A stretch of DNA of 64,000 nucleotides from Polyangiaceae bacterium (GTDB taxonomy: Bacteria; Myxococcota_A; Polyangia; Polyangiales; Polyangiaceae), in the NCBI GenBank assembly GCA_022842465.1, contig JALHPN010000002.1, forward strand, positions 40,391-104,390, given 5' to 3'. Below are positions 31,540-42,705 of this stretch, piece by piece. The notes beneath the pieces were generated by a model, which saw nothing but the letters and a program-made list of their open reading frames with translations, was not told the origin of the DNA and made no database searches. Each line of letters starts with the position of its first letter. Position 1 is the stretch's first letter. The translations under genes were made by a program, and so were the position numbers.

Positions 31540-33279
31540 TCAGCGCTTGATCCCGAGATCGAGCGGGTCGGCGCCCGGCGTCGTGGTCGTCGTCGTCGTC
31601 GTCCGAACCGCGGGCGTCCTCCCCGGCACGCCCGGGGCGTGGGCGGCGGAGACCGCGACCGCCGGGCTCGAAGCCGTCGGCGCGCCCGAGCCGGTCGGCG
31701 CGTTCGCCGCGGTCGGCGTACCCGAGGTCACCGGGACCGCGGACCCCACGAGCGTCGGCGGCGTGACCGTCTCGACCGGGGGCGCCGTCGTCGTGGCGGT
31801 GACCGTGGGCGCCTCCGCCGTCATCCCGCCCGGGCCCGTCTTCCCGGCGCCCTTCGTCATCCCGACGGCGAGGAAGACGACCCCCGCGACCCCCACGGCC
31901 GCGAACCCGAGGAAGGCGACCGGCGGCCGCTTGCGCTCGGACGAGGCGTCGGCCGCCGCCGCCGCCGCGTCGCGCGACGCCTCGAGGTCCGATCGCGCGC
32001 CCGTGATCGCGACCGCGTTGGGGGTCACCCGGGCGAGGTCGGCGCCGGCGACCGGCATGCTCGCCGACCCGCGCTGGACGAAGTCCATCTGGGTGCTGTT
32101 CGCGGCCTCGTCGGGCCGCGCCCGGAGCGAGGCGTCGAGCGGGACGGCCTGCGCGTCCGGGTTCGTCGGGGCACGCGGGCGCATCCCCGGCGCCCCGTCC
32201 ATCACGACGGTCATCGGCGTGCCCGCCATCACGTCGGTCGTCGGCCGGTTGGCCATCACGCCCGTCGCCGGCCGCGCATCGAGCTGCGAGAAGGCGACCA
32301 TCGACGGCGGAAGCTCGATCTCCGCGGGAGGGGGGAGCGAGAGGGCCTGCTCGGGCTGGAAGGACTTGATCCGCCCGACGAGCGCGGCGGACCGCGCATC
32401 GGCGAACGGCGCGAGCGCGAGGGCCATCTCCGCAGCGCTGGCGAAGCGGTCCCCTGGTTCGCGCGCGAGCGCCTTGTGGACCACCGCGGCGAGCGCGTCG
32501 TCGAGGTCCGGCCTCGTCGACTTCACCGGCGGCGGCTCGGCGGTGAAGAGCTTGAAGAGGATCTCCGTGAACTCGCCGCTCTCCGAAAAGAACGGCGTGT
32601 GCCCGGTGAGGAGCTCGTAGAGGATGACGCCGACCGAGTAGAGGTCCGAGCGCCCGTCGACGTCCCGCGGGCTCCGCGCCTGCTCGGGCGACATGTAGAG
32701 CGGCGTACCCAGCGCCGAGTTCGTCTGCGTGAGCGACGCGCTCCCAGGCTCCTTCACCTTGCTGATGCCGAAGTCGAGGATGCGGACGAAGTCCTGCTCG
32801 CCCTCGTGCTTCACGACGAAGCAGTTCGACGGCTTCATGTCGCGATGGATGATCCCGGCCGCATGCGCCGCCTGGAGGCCGCGCAGGATCTGGATCGTGA
32901 AGTGGATCGCGCGCGTCGTGGGGAGCCCTGGGGTGCCGTCGCGGAGGAGGAGATCCGCGAGGTCGACGCCCTCGAGGCAGGGCATGACGAGGTAGGGCGC
33001 CCCCGACGGCAGCTTGCCCACGTCGTCGACCGGCACGACGTGCGCGCTCTTGATGCGCTTGCTCGCGATGCCCTCGTTGATGAAGCGATCGACCGCGCCG
33101 GGGAAGGTCGTGAACTGAGGGTTCATGAACTTCAGCGCGACGGTCGACCGCAGGATGAGATGGGTCGCGCGCGAGACGCAGCCCATGCCTCCCTCGCCGA
33201 GCACCTTCTCGATGCGGTACTTGCCGTCGATCACCTCGCCGGGCGGGGGATACGGGTTCGGGGCGGCGACGGCGGTCAT
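31540..33279 (-). CDS. Membrane Ser/Thr protein kinase
   Basis: GEGGMG, VALK, HRDMKPSN, DFGISK, GTPLYMSPEQ; TM followed by a Thr/Pro-rich tail. Confidence 0.95.
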   Translation of the reverse strand: MTAVAAPNPYPPPGEVIDGKYRIEKVLGEGGMGCVSRATHLILRSTVALKFMNPQFTTFPGAVDRFINEGIASKRIKSAHVVPVDDVGKLPSGAPYLVMPCLEGVDLADLLLRDGTPGLPTTRAIHFTIQILRGLQAAHAAGIIHRDMKPSNCFVVKHEGEQDFVRILDFGISKVKEPGSASLTQTNSALGTPLYMSPEQARSPRDVDGRSDLYSVGVILYELLTGHTPFFSESGEFTEILFKLFTAEPPPVKSTRPDLDDALAAVVHKALAREPGDRFASAAEMALALAPFADARSAALVGRIKSFQPEQALSLPPPAEIELPPSMVAFSQLDARPATGVMANRPTTDVMAGTPMTVVMDGAPGMRPRAPTNPDAQAVPLDASLRARPDEAANSTQMDFVQRGSASMPVAGADLARVTPNAVAITGARSDLEASRDAAAAAADASSERKRPPVAFLGFAAVGVAGVVFLAVGMTKGAGKTGPGGMTAEAPTVTATTTAPPVETVTPPTLVGSAVPVTSGTPTAANAPTGSGAPTASSPAVAVSAAHAPGVPGRTPAVRTTTTTTTTPGADPLDLGIKR

Positions 33280-33442
33280 GAACGTTCCCAGGATAGAGGG
33301 GGTCTGCCCGCTCCGCTAGGGCATGCCGAGGGTCCGAAAGGGGACACCCGAACGGATGACGGAACGTGCGTGCCTGTACGCGGAGGCCTCGCACCCCAGA
33401 CCGTAGCCGACCGTACCGCTACCGGACTATAAGAGCGCCGCG

Positions 33443-35023
<1,581 letters not shown>

Positions 35024-35064
35024 CGGCACGTTCGGCGTCGGCGTCGGCCGGGTGCCGTGTCTCC

Positions 35065-35877
35065 TCACCACGCTTCGAGGAAGAGGGCGAGGCGCTCTGT
35101 GTCCCAGAAGACGTCGTCGACCTCGTCGGAGCCCAAGAACAGGCGCTCGAGCGAGCGTGCGCGAGCCTTCGGGCCGCGGGAGCGCGCGAGGATCGCCTCG
35201 ACCGCGGATGCGAGGGTGTCCGTCGGCGAGGCCGCGAGCGCGCCGGCGTCCACGAGGTCGCGGAGCAGCCGGTCGCCCAAGGGCGGCGGGTCGGCGCTCC
35301 TCGCGGCCTCGCCGACGGCCTCGACGAGCTCGTCGAGGTCCTCGTCGTAGTAGAGAGCGTCGGACTCGAGGCGGTCGGCCCAGTGCTCGAGCCACGCGGT
35401 GATCGACACGAACCGGACTGTTCTCTCCGGGCCGTCCTTCCAGTACTCGACGACTTGCCCGAGCGCGCCGCCGGGCGGAGGGTCGAGGTCGAGGCAGAGC
35501 ATCGTGCCGCCCGCCGTGCCGACGAACGGCAGCCAACCCTCGCTCCACCAGAGTGGTTTCACGGGCCCGACGCTCTGCCCGTCGTTCGGGAGCTCGGGTC
35601 CCCGGCCCCATCCGATGTCGTTCATCATCGCGCGCTCCTCGGTGGCCTGCGCGAGTGAGAGCATCTCACCCCTCGCGACGTCGAGGAGCGCGCCCCCGTC
35701 GTGCACGCGGTATGCGGTCCGCACCTCACCGGGAAGAGGGCGACCGATGCGAGCTTCCGCGCGCAGGATGTCGTCCTCGGAGGCGCCGCGCCGCATGCGG
35801 CGCGCGAGCGGAGTCGCGTGCGCGGCCAACCATCGCTCGATCCTCGACCATGCAGCCACGGTTCGCGTCTCGTCCAC
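35065..35877 (-). CDS. SMI1/KNR4 (SUKH) family protein
   Basis: WSRIERWLAAH, GASEDDILRAEARIGRPLP...YRVHDG, WWSEGWLPF, LCLDLDPPPGGALGQV. Confidence 0.9.
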   Translation of the reverse strand: MDETRTVAAWSRIERWLAAHATPLARRMRRGASEDDILRAEARIGRPLPGEVRTAYRVHDGGALLDVARGEMLSLAQATEERAMMNDIGWGRGPELPNDGQSVGPVKPLWWSEGWLPFVGTAGGTMLCLDLDPPPGGALGQVVEYWKDGPERTVRFVSITAWLEHWADRLESDALYYDEDLDELVEAVGEAARSADPPPLGDRLLRDLVDAGALAASPTDTLASAVEAILARSRGPKARARSLERLFLGSDEVDDVFWDTERLALFLEAW

Positions 35878-35959
35878 GGCGTGCTTCTACGTCGGCATCC
35901 GGCCTGCCCTCCCCCCGTTCGCGCCGCGTTCCGCAGCGATGGAGTGTGTGAGCCCTAGC

Positions 35960-36871
35960 CTAGAGCGCCCAGGAACGGCCGACCCACGACGTCCCGCTGG
36001 CGAGACCTGCCGAGTAGGTGCCCGCCCCGCGGAGCGAGCGCCGCGGACCGGACGCCACCCGTGACGCCTCGAGCTCCGCCTCCGCCCGGTGGCGTGCGCG
36101 CGCGAGCGCAGCCGTGATCGCCTCGGCGCGCGCTTCGTCCCGTGGGATGCGGAGACGGTGCCGCTCGAGCGCGCTCGCGTCGGCGCGCGGGAGGAAACGC
36201 GCGAGGCGCGCGCGCGTGCCGCCATCGGCGAGCGCGTCGCCCCCGGCGGTCGTCGCGGCGGCCACCACCACGAGCGGAGGGAGCGCGTGAAGGAGGAAGC
36301 ACACGAGGGCCTGCTCGAGGATCACGCCTTCTCCCGTCGCGAGGAGGAGCCACGCCGCGGCCGCGCGCGCCTCGATCGGCGCGAGCGGCTCCCCGAGGAC
36401 GCGCAGCAGCTCCGCGGAGTCCACCGGCGCCTCGCGGTAGCCACCGACCTGGAGCGACGCGAGGACGCCGAGCCACTCGTCGAGGCCCTGCGCCCCCCGG
36501 ACGAGGAGCGCTGGCACCTCCGCCGGAACGCGCCGCGCATCCAGCTCCATCAGCCACGCTCGCTGCGCCGCGAGCGGATCGACGCCGACGCCGAGACCGA
36601 ACGTCATGCTCTCGTCGCCCGCGCCTCGCACCGTGATCACGACGTGGGACCCGCGGAAGAGCCCGACCCGGGACGTCAGATCGAGGTCCGTCACGACGTC
36701 GTATGGCAGATAGCCCGCGGGCTCGCCGGAGACCTCGAAGCGCACGCCGCCCCCGTCGAACGAAGGCACGAGGAACGACTTCTCGGATACGGAGACGTCG
36801 AACGCCGCCGCGAGCCGGCCCGGGTTCTGCGCCATACCGCACACGGTGGGGCTCCCCATCGCCCGGGTCAA
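35960..36871 (-). CDS. Hypothetical protein
   Basis: Long ORF with normal amino-acid composition; start uncertain; no family recognised. Confidence 0.6.
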   Translation of the reverse strand: MTRAMGSPTVCGMAQNPGRLAAAFDVSVSEKSFLVPSFDGGGVRFEVSGEPAGYLPYDVVTDLDLTSRVGLFRGSHVVITVRGAGDESMTFGLGVGVDPLAAQRAWLMELDARRVPAEVPALLVRGAQGLDEWLGVLASLQVGGYREAPVDSAELLRVLGEPLAPIEARAAAAWLLLATGEGVILEQALVCFLLHALPPLVVVAAATTAGGDALADGGTRARLARFLPRADASALERHRLRIPRDEARAEAITAALARARHRAEAELEASRVASGPRRSLRGAGTYSAGLASGTSWVGRSWAL

Positions 36872-36983
36872 CGGCGCGCAGACATGGCACGGGACTTGTC
36901 AGCGCGCGCCCAGCCCCGTGGCGTTCCGGCAGGGCCCGCGCCGCGGCGTTCGCCGCGGAACAGGGGACGGGAGCCCCCCGTCG

Positions 36984-37754
36984 TCACGCGGCGGCGCGGA
37001 CCGACATCGCCAGGATCTCGCTCATGCGCTCGTGGACCGGCACGCTCATCTCCATCCGCTTGGCGATGTCGAAGCCGAGCGCCATGTTGCCGACCATCCC
37101 GCCCATCGCTGCGTTCATGTTCTTCTGCAACGGATCCGCGAAGACGGCGCTCGACTGATCGACCCATAGATCGACCTCCGCGCAGCCGAGGAGCGCCTGC
37201 ACGAGCGCCGGGTTCTGCTGGAGTTGGTGGCGGACGGCGTTCGGGTCGAACCCGTACACCACGAAGCGGCCGTCGATCTGCGGGATGCCCGTCTGCACTT
37301 GCTGCGGGAAGCGGGGGCTCCAGCTCCGTGTCGTGTTCGAGAACATCTCGGCCGCGACCTTGCCGAGACCTCCGAGGCTGCGGTCGGCGACGTGGAACGG
37401 GATCCGCGGCGACGCCGTCAGCGCGATCGACCACGAGCCCGAGATCACGCCGCCCTCCAGGGTCGCAACGAAGGCCTGCTCGAAGCGCACCTGCAACCCG
37501 CGAAAGTTGCGGACGTACTGGGTGACGCGGTCACGGGCGGAGTAGTCGCTCGCCTCGGCCATCGCCCGCTGGACGTGCATGTCGACGGGCTCCGGCGGGA
37601 GGTTCGCGTAGCGGAAGCCGGTGCGGGTGAAGAAGGCGTGCATCGCAGGGCCGGCCGCCGCCGTCGCTTGCTTCCGCTTGCTCATCATCCACACGAAGTA
37701 GCCGCCGAAGGCGAGCATCATGAGGACGGGGAAGACGTAGACCTGTGCGTTCAC
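36984..37754 (-). CDS. Hypothetical membrane-anchored protein
   Basis: AAGGAGG RBS before GTG 37754; N-terminal TM (VFPVLMMLAFGGYFVWMM) followed by KRK. Confidence 0.82.
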   Translation of the reverse strand: MNAQVYVFPVLMMLAFGGYFVWMMSKRKQATAAAGPAMHAFFTRTGFRYANLPPEPVDMHVQRAMAEASDYSARDRVTQYVRNFRGLQVRFEQAFVATLEGGVISGSWSIALTASPRIPFHVADRSLGGLGKVAAEMFSNTTRSWSPRFPQQVQTGIPQIDGRFVVYGFDPNAVRHQLQQNPALVQALLGCAEVDLWVDQSSAVFADPLQKNMNAAMGGMVGNMALGFDIAKRMEMSVPVHERMSEILAMSVRAAA

Positions 37755-37965
37755 CGAGCATCCCTCCTTGTCGGGTGCATGGGGAGGAGCATACGTCGTG
37801 CCGCGCAGGACTCCTCGGAGCCCAGCGCCCGGTGCGCAGATCTCCTCGGGTGCTCGCGGCGCCGATGCACTCGGAGTGAAGCGCGCTTCGTCCGATCCCG
37901 CGCTCGCGAAAACTTGGCCACGATCCGCGTTCCTCCTTATGCCGGAGTTCGTCCGGAGGAACACG

Positions 37966-39753
37966 ATGAGCACTGCAAGCGATCGCCGCGCCCCCCATGC
38001 CACGCGTATCCCGTTCGATGCCATGGTCGAGGTCGGAGGCTCGCTCGGACCTACGTTCGAGGCCCAGGCCCTCAACCTCTCCGAGGAGGGCATGCACCTC
38101 CGCACGGCGTACCTCCCCGAGGTCGGCCAACCGATCTCCTGTCGGTTCGACGCGGGGCACGGGCTCGTCGTCGTCGCCGCCGGTGAGGTCCTGTGGAACC
38201 AGGACATGGGCGAGGGCGGTGAGTTCGGGATCCGCTTCACCAACCTGGATACGGCGAGCGCCGCGGCGCTGAGCCGGATCCTCGGCACCGACGACGGCAC
38301 GGCCGCGGCGGGCGGCCCCCGCGCGGCGCTCGGTCGCAAGGTCCGGCTCCACATCGACGGGCTCGCGTCCCCGATGCGCGCTCGCGTGAAGGAGGCCGAC
38401 GACACCTGCGTGAAGGCCTTCAGCGAGCTCGGCTTCCTCCAGGTCGGAAAGGCCCTCGAGGTCGAGGACACGCAGACCGGGACGAAGCGGCCCGCACAGA
38501 TCGACGGCGTCGCCGTGGAGATGGAGCAGGCCTCGCGCATCCCGCAGCTCGTGGTCTCGCTCCGTTACGACGCGGCGGATGCGCGTCCCGGGTATGATTC
38601 GGCGGCCCCCGTCACCATCGCGACGGGCCACGCCGACGACGGCTCCGTCGACGTGGAGGAGGGCGAGCCCGAGCACGCTCACGCGGCGGACGATGGAGCG
38701 GACGACGAGCCCGACGACGCCTACGCGCCCGAGGCGCCCGCCGCCGCGCGCGCGGCCTCGGCGGTGCCGCCCGCGAACACCCGCGCCTCGCACGACGACC
38801 TCGCCGAGGAGTCGGCGAAGCTGAAGAGCCCGCTCGCGCGCACGGCCTCGAAGATCACCCCGACCCTCGAGTCGTGGGCGAAGCGCGCCAAGACGACCAT
38901 GTCGCTCCTCGCCGCCCGCGCCGCTCGCAAGAACGGCGGCTCCGGTGACGACGTCGCGGTCCCCGTCCGCCGCACCACCGCGCCGGCTCCGGGGGGAGGG
39001 CTCCACGCTTCGGGTCGCAAGGTCGTCCGGAGCAGCGTGCCGGACGACACGTTCGACAAGGCCGACCTCCCGCGGTCCGCCCTGCCGGCCGGGATCACGA
39101 AGAAGCGCGCGGCGATCGCCGGATCGGTCGGCATCGCCGTCATCCTCGCGGCCGTCGCCATGCGAAAGCCCGCGCCGCCGCCCGCCGCCGCGACGAACGA
39201 AGGGGAGGGGACCGGGCTCACCGCCGCCGCGAACGCGCTCCCCGCGGCGCCGCCGGCCCCCGTGGCGCCTCCGATGTCGACCGGCGGTCCGGTGATGATG
39301 CCGACGGACGGCATGACCGGCGCTTCGGCCGCCAGCGATCCTGCCGTCGAGACGGGCAGGCCGCACAAGAAGCAGAAGGTGACGCCGTTCGGCAACGGCC
39401 CCGTCGGCTCGCACGGCAACATCCTCAAGCTGAAGATGGACGGCGCGATCGAGAAGCTCCTCGGGGCCTCCCAGCCCACGGGCTTCACGGTCGTCATCCC
39501 GAACCGCAGGTCGCTCGACGCGGCGGGCCCGCTCGCGTCGAAGGATCCGCGCATCGCCGCGATCCACGTGTCGAACGAGCCGACCGGCGCGGAGCTGACC
39601 GTCACGTTCAAGGACGGCGTGCCGAACTACCTCGTTCGCGCGAACGGGGACAACCTGGAGCTCGTCCTCTCGACGAAGGGCCTCGCGACCGACAAGCCAG
39701 CCGCGGCCCACGCCGGGCCTCCCGCGAAGAAGAAGCACGCGAAGAAGCGCTGA
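37966..39753 (+). CDS. PilZ-domain membrane protein with C-terminal AMIN-like domain
   Basis: GGAGG RBS; DRRAPHATR and NLSEEGM PilZ motifs, FGIRFTNL; TM; beta-rich C-terminal domain. Confidence 0.85.
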   Translation: MSTASDRRAPHATRIPFDAMVEVGGSLGPTFEAQALNLSEEGMHLRTAYLPEVGQPISCRFDAGHGLVVVAAGEVLWNQDMGEGGEFGIRFTNLDTASAAALSRILGTDDGTAAAGGPRAALGRKVRLHIDGLASPMRARVKEADDTCVKAFSELGFLQVGKALEVEDTQTGTKRPAQIDGVAVEMEQASRIPQLVVSLRYDAADARPGYDSAAPVTIATGHADDGSVDVEEGEPEHAHAADDGADDEPDDAYAPEAPAAARAASAVPPANTRASHDDLAEESAKLKSPLARTASKITPTLESWAKRAKTTMSLLAARAARKNGGSGDDVAVPVRRTTAPAPGGGLHASGRKVVRSSVPDDTFDKADLPRSALPAGITKKRAAIAGSVGIAVILAAVAMRKPAPPPAAATNEGEGTGLTAAANALPAAPPAPVAPPMSTGGPVMMPTDGMTGASAASDPAVETGRPHKKQKVTPFGNGPVGSHGNILKLKMDGAIEKLLGASQPTGFTVVIPNRRSLDAAGPLASKDPRIAAIHVSNEPTGAELTVTFKDGVPNYLVRANGDNLELVLSTKGLATDKPAAAHAGPPAKKKHAKKR

Positions 39754-39819
39754 GAGATCGCGACGGACGCGCGCCCGGGAAGAATCGGACGCGCCTCGGC
39801 GTTGCGGAGGGGACCTGCC

Positions 39820-40530
39820 ATGTCTCCCTCCCCACGCGTCCTGCTCGTCGACGACGACCCTGCTCTCCTGGACGCTCTCGCCCTCGCCTTCGAGGACGCC
39901 GGGCACGTGGTGGAGACGGCGCCGGATGGGCAGCGGGCCCTCGATCGCGCGCGCCGCGCGGGCCACGGGCTCGACGCCATCGTGAGCGACGTGAACATGC
40001 CGGGGCTCGACGGCTTCACCCTCTGCCGCCGGCTCCGCGAGGCCGGCGACGGCGTGCCGTTCGTGATGCTGACGTCTCGCGACGGCGAGATCGACGAAGC
40101 GCTCGGGCTCGAGCTCGGGGCCGACGACTACGTCGTGAAACCGTTCAGCACGCGCGTGCTCCTCGCGCGGGTAGCCTCGCTCCTCCGTCGCGACAAGCTC
40201 CGGCGCCTCCCGGGGACGAAGGCCGAAGACCGCGTGATCGCGCGCGGCGATCTGCGAATCCTCGTGGATCGAATCGCGGTCCACTGGAGAGACGTCGCGA
40301 TCCCGGTCACCGTGACCGAGCTCCGCATGCTCCAGGCGCTCGTCGAGCGCGCGGGGATCGTCCTCACGCGTGACCGCCTCCTCGAGCTCGTGCGCGGCGA
40401 CGGCTCGGTCGTCGCCGAGCGGATCGTCGACACCTACGTGAGGCGGATCCGGCGGAAGCTCGAGTCCGTGGATCCGTCCTTCGACGCGATCGAGACGGTG
40501 ATCGGCGCCGGCTACCGCTGGAGAGCGTGA
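39820..40530 (+). CDS. OmpR-family response regulator (ChvI-like)
   Basis: LLVDDD, SDVNMPGLDG, MLTSRDGEIDEALGLELGADDYVVKPF, ERIVDTYVRRIRRK, IETVIGAGY. Confidence 0.96.
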   Translation: MSPSPRVLLVDDDPALLDALALAFEDAGHVVETAPDGQRALDRARRAGHGLDAIVSDVNMPGLDGFTLCRRLREAGDGVPFVMLTSRDGEIDEALGLELGADDYVVKPFSTRVLLARVASLLRRDKLRRLPGTKAEDRVIARGDLRILVDRIAVHWRDVAIPVTVTELRMLQALVERAGIVLTRDRLLELVRGDGSVVAERIVDTYVRRIRRKLESVDPSFDAIETVIGAGYRWRA

Positions 40531-42081
40531 GTGCGAGGGCTCCTCGCGACGCTCGGCCGTCTCTTCCGTCCCACGCTCCGCGCGAACGTCGTCCTCATGG
40601 TCCTCGCCATGTGGGGACTGCCGCTCGCGGTCGTCGCGGGCTTCTGCCTCCTCGAGCGCGACATCGAGGGCGCCCTCCGGACCAGCGCCGGGGCGACCGC
40701 CGCCGAGGTCACGGGCGCGCTCGAACGGCAGGCTCGCCCCGAGGAGCTCCGCGCGGAGCTCGACGAGATCGCCTTCCGGCACACGGCGCGCGTCCGCCTC
40801 GTCGAGCTCGACGAGGGCCGCGCGCTGCTCGACGTCGATCGCGACGACGGCGACGACGTCGTCCACCGCGTGGGGACGCTCTTCTTCGGGGCCGACGGCG
40901 CGCCGTCCTTGCGCGAGCTCGACGCGTCGCTCCCGCCCGTCCTCGCCCGCGCGGAGTCCGCCGCCGCGCCCACCTCCGGGGAGCCGGAGACGGGGTGCCG
41001 GAGCGCTCCGCAGGGGAAGCTCCTCGTGTGTCACGCGACGATGACGTCCACCTATGGAGAGCGGCCGGTCGTCGTCTACGTCCAGGAGTCGTCACGCCGG
41101 GCGGCCCGCGCGCTCTACGACCTCCGCTACCACCTCGCGCGGCTGTCGGTCGCGATGCTCCCCATCGCGCTGGTCTTCTCGTGGTGGATGGGCCGCCGCA
41201 TGGTGCGTCCGCTCGACGCGCTCCGAGGCGCCGTCCTCGCCAAGGCCGAGGAGGCGAACGTGCGCGCCGACCTCGCGCGGGTCCCGTCTGGAGAGGCCTC
41301 CGACCTCGCGGAGGCCTTCAACGTGCTCCTCGCGACGGTCGCCGCGAAGGGGGAGGAGCACCAGGCGTTCGTCGCCGACCTCGCGCACGAGATCAAGAAC
41401 CCGGCCGCGGCGATCCGGGCGTGCGCCGAGAGCCTCGCGACGAGCGAGCCGGACCCCGCGCGCATCGCGCGCATCGCGCGCATCCTGGAGAGCTCGAGCA
41501 CGCGCCTCGATCATCTCGTCTCCCAGTTCCTCGAGCTCGCGCGGGCGGAGGCCGGGCTCCGCGGTGAGGAGCGAGGCCGCGTGGATCTGGCGGCGCTCGT
41601 CCGCGGCGTCGCAACGACGCTCGAGGGGACGACGACGGCACGGCTGCACCTGGCCGTCGGTCCGGCGACGGTGATCGGCGCTGCCGGGCGGCTCGAGTCC
41701 GTCGTCCGGAACCTGCTCGACAACGCGGCCTCGTTCGCTCCGGCGGGCGACGTCTTCGTGACGCTCTCGTCGGCGCGAGGGAGAGTGAAGCTCGACGTCG
41801 AGGACTCCGGGCCCGGCATCGCGGAGGCCGACCTCCCCCACGTCTTCGACCGCTTCTTCACGACCCGCGCGCGCGGAGCACCTGGTGGGCGAGGGGGGAC
41901 GGGCCTGGGGCTCGCGCTGGTCAAGGCCGTCGCCGAAGCGCACGGAGGCTCGGCGAGGGCCCTCCCGTCGTCCCGCGGCGCCGTCTTCCGTGTGGAGCTG
42001 CCGGCCGCTCCACACGCGGTTCACACGACCGCCGTCGAAGCTTCATCGCCCGTCCCCCGCATCGTCGAGCCGGCCTCCTAG
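40531..42081 (+). CDS. HAMP-domain sensor histidine kinase
   Basis: Two TMs, ADLAHEIKNP H-box, NLLDNA, DSGPGI, VFDRFFT, GTGLGLALV. Confidence 0.95.
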   Translation: MRGLLATLGRLFRPTLRANVVLMVLAMWGLPLAVVAGFCLLERDIEGALRTSAGATAAEVTGALERQARPEELRAELDEIAFRHTARVRLVELDEGRALLDVDRDDGDDVVHRVGTLFFGADGAPSLRELDASLPPVLARAESAAAPTSGEPETGCRSAPQGKLLVCHATMTSTYGERPVVVYVQESSRRAARALYDLRYHLARLSVAMLPIALVFSWWMGRRMVRPLDALRGAVLAKAEEANVRADLARVPSGEASDLAEAFNVLLATVAAKGEEHQAFVADLAHEIKNPAAAIRACAESLATSEPDPARIARIARILESSSTRLDHLVSQFLELARAEAGLRGEERGRVDLAALVRGVATTLEGTTTARLHLAVGPATVIGAAGRLESVVRNLLDNAASFAPAGDVFVTLSSARGRVKLDVEDSGPGIAEADLPHVFDRFFTTRARGAPGGRGGTGLGLALVKAVAEAHGGSARALPSSRGAVFRVELPAAPHAVHTTAVEASSPVPRIVEPAS

Positions 42082-42090
42082 CTTCGAGGC

Positions 42091-42705
42091 ATGAACACCC
42101 TCGTCACCCTCCTCGACATCGCGTGTGGTCGACCCATCCCCGACGCCGACAGCGGACGCTCGCGGCGCCTCGAGCTCATCCTCCTCGCGCTCCTCGCCTC
42201 GCTCGTCTTCGCGGGCCTCTGGGGCCTAGCCGTGGGCAGCGCGTCGTTCTCGTTCGCCGTCGCCAATGCCTACAAGGTGCCGATGGTGGTCCTGCTCTCG
42301 TGCGCGTTCGCGGCACCCGCCGGGCTCCTCGCGTGGCGCGTGAGCGGCCCCGCGGTGCGCGGCTCGGATCTGGCCCTCGGCTTCGCCGGGTCGATCTTCG
42401 GCGGCGCGACGGTGCTCGTCGTGCTCGCGCCCCTCGTCGCGCTCTACGAGCACTCGAGCGCGTGGGCAGGACCGCTGCTCGGTGTCGGCTCGGCGGCGCT
42501 CGCGATGATGACCGCCGTGGTCCTCTTCGTGCGCGGGGCGATGCGCCGCCTCCAACCGGGCTCGCGGCGCAGGACGGTGCTCGTCCCGGTCGTCGTCACG
42601 GTGCTCATGCAGCTCGCGACGCTCCTCCAGCTCGCCGCCGTCGCGGCGCCGATCATCCCGGGCGGGACCGCGCTCAGCGGCGGTGTGGACGGGCTCGCCC
42701 GATGA
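42091..42705 (+). CDS. Hypothetical integral membrane protein (about 5 TM)
   Basis: Highly hydrophobic ORF directly after the histidine kinase. Confidence 0.8.
   Translation: MNTLVTLLDIACGRPIPDADSGRSRRLELILLALLASLVFAGLWGLAVGSASFSFAVANAYKVPMVVLLSCAFAAPAGLLAWRVSGPAVRGSDLALGFAGSIFGGATVLVVLAPLVALYEHSSAWAGPLLGVGSAALAMMTAVVLFVRGAMRRLQPGSRRRTVLVPVVVTVLMQLATLLQLAAVAAPIIPGGTALSGGVDGLAR

Noticed and set aside
31579-31603. GTC triplet run as a contingency repeat
   Set aside because: It is an in-frame poly-Thr linker in the kinase tail and cannot cause frameshift phase variation.
36885-36900. TGGCACGGGACTTGTC sigma54-like motif on the + strand
   Set aside because: The -12 GC is replaced by GT and there is no + strand gene downstream.
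42079-42091. TAGCTT box 6 nt before ATG 42091 as a leaderless promoter
   Set aside because: The TAG is the histidine kinase stop codon, so it is ambiguous and was left out of the evidence.
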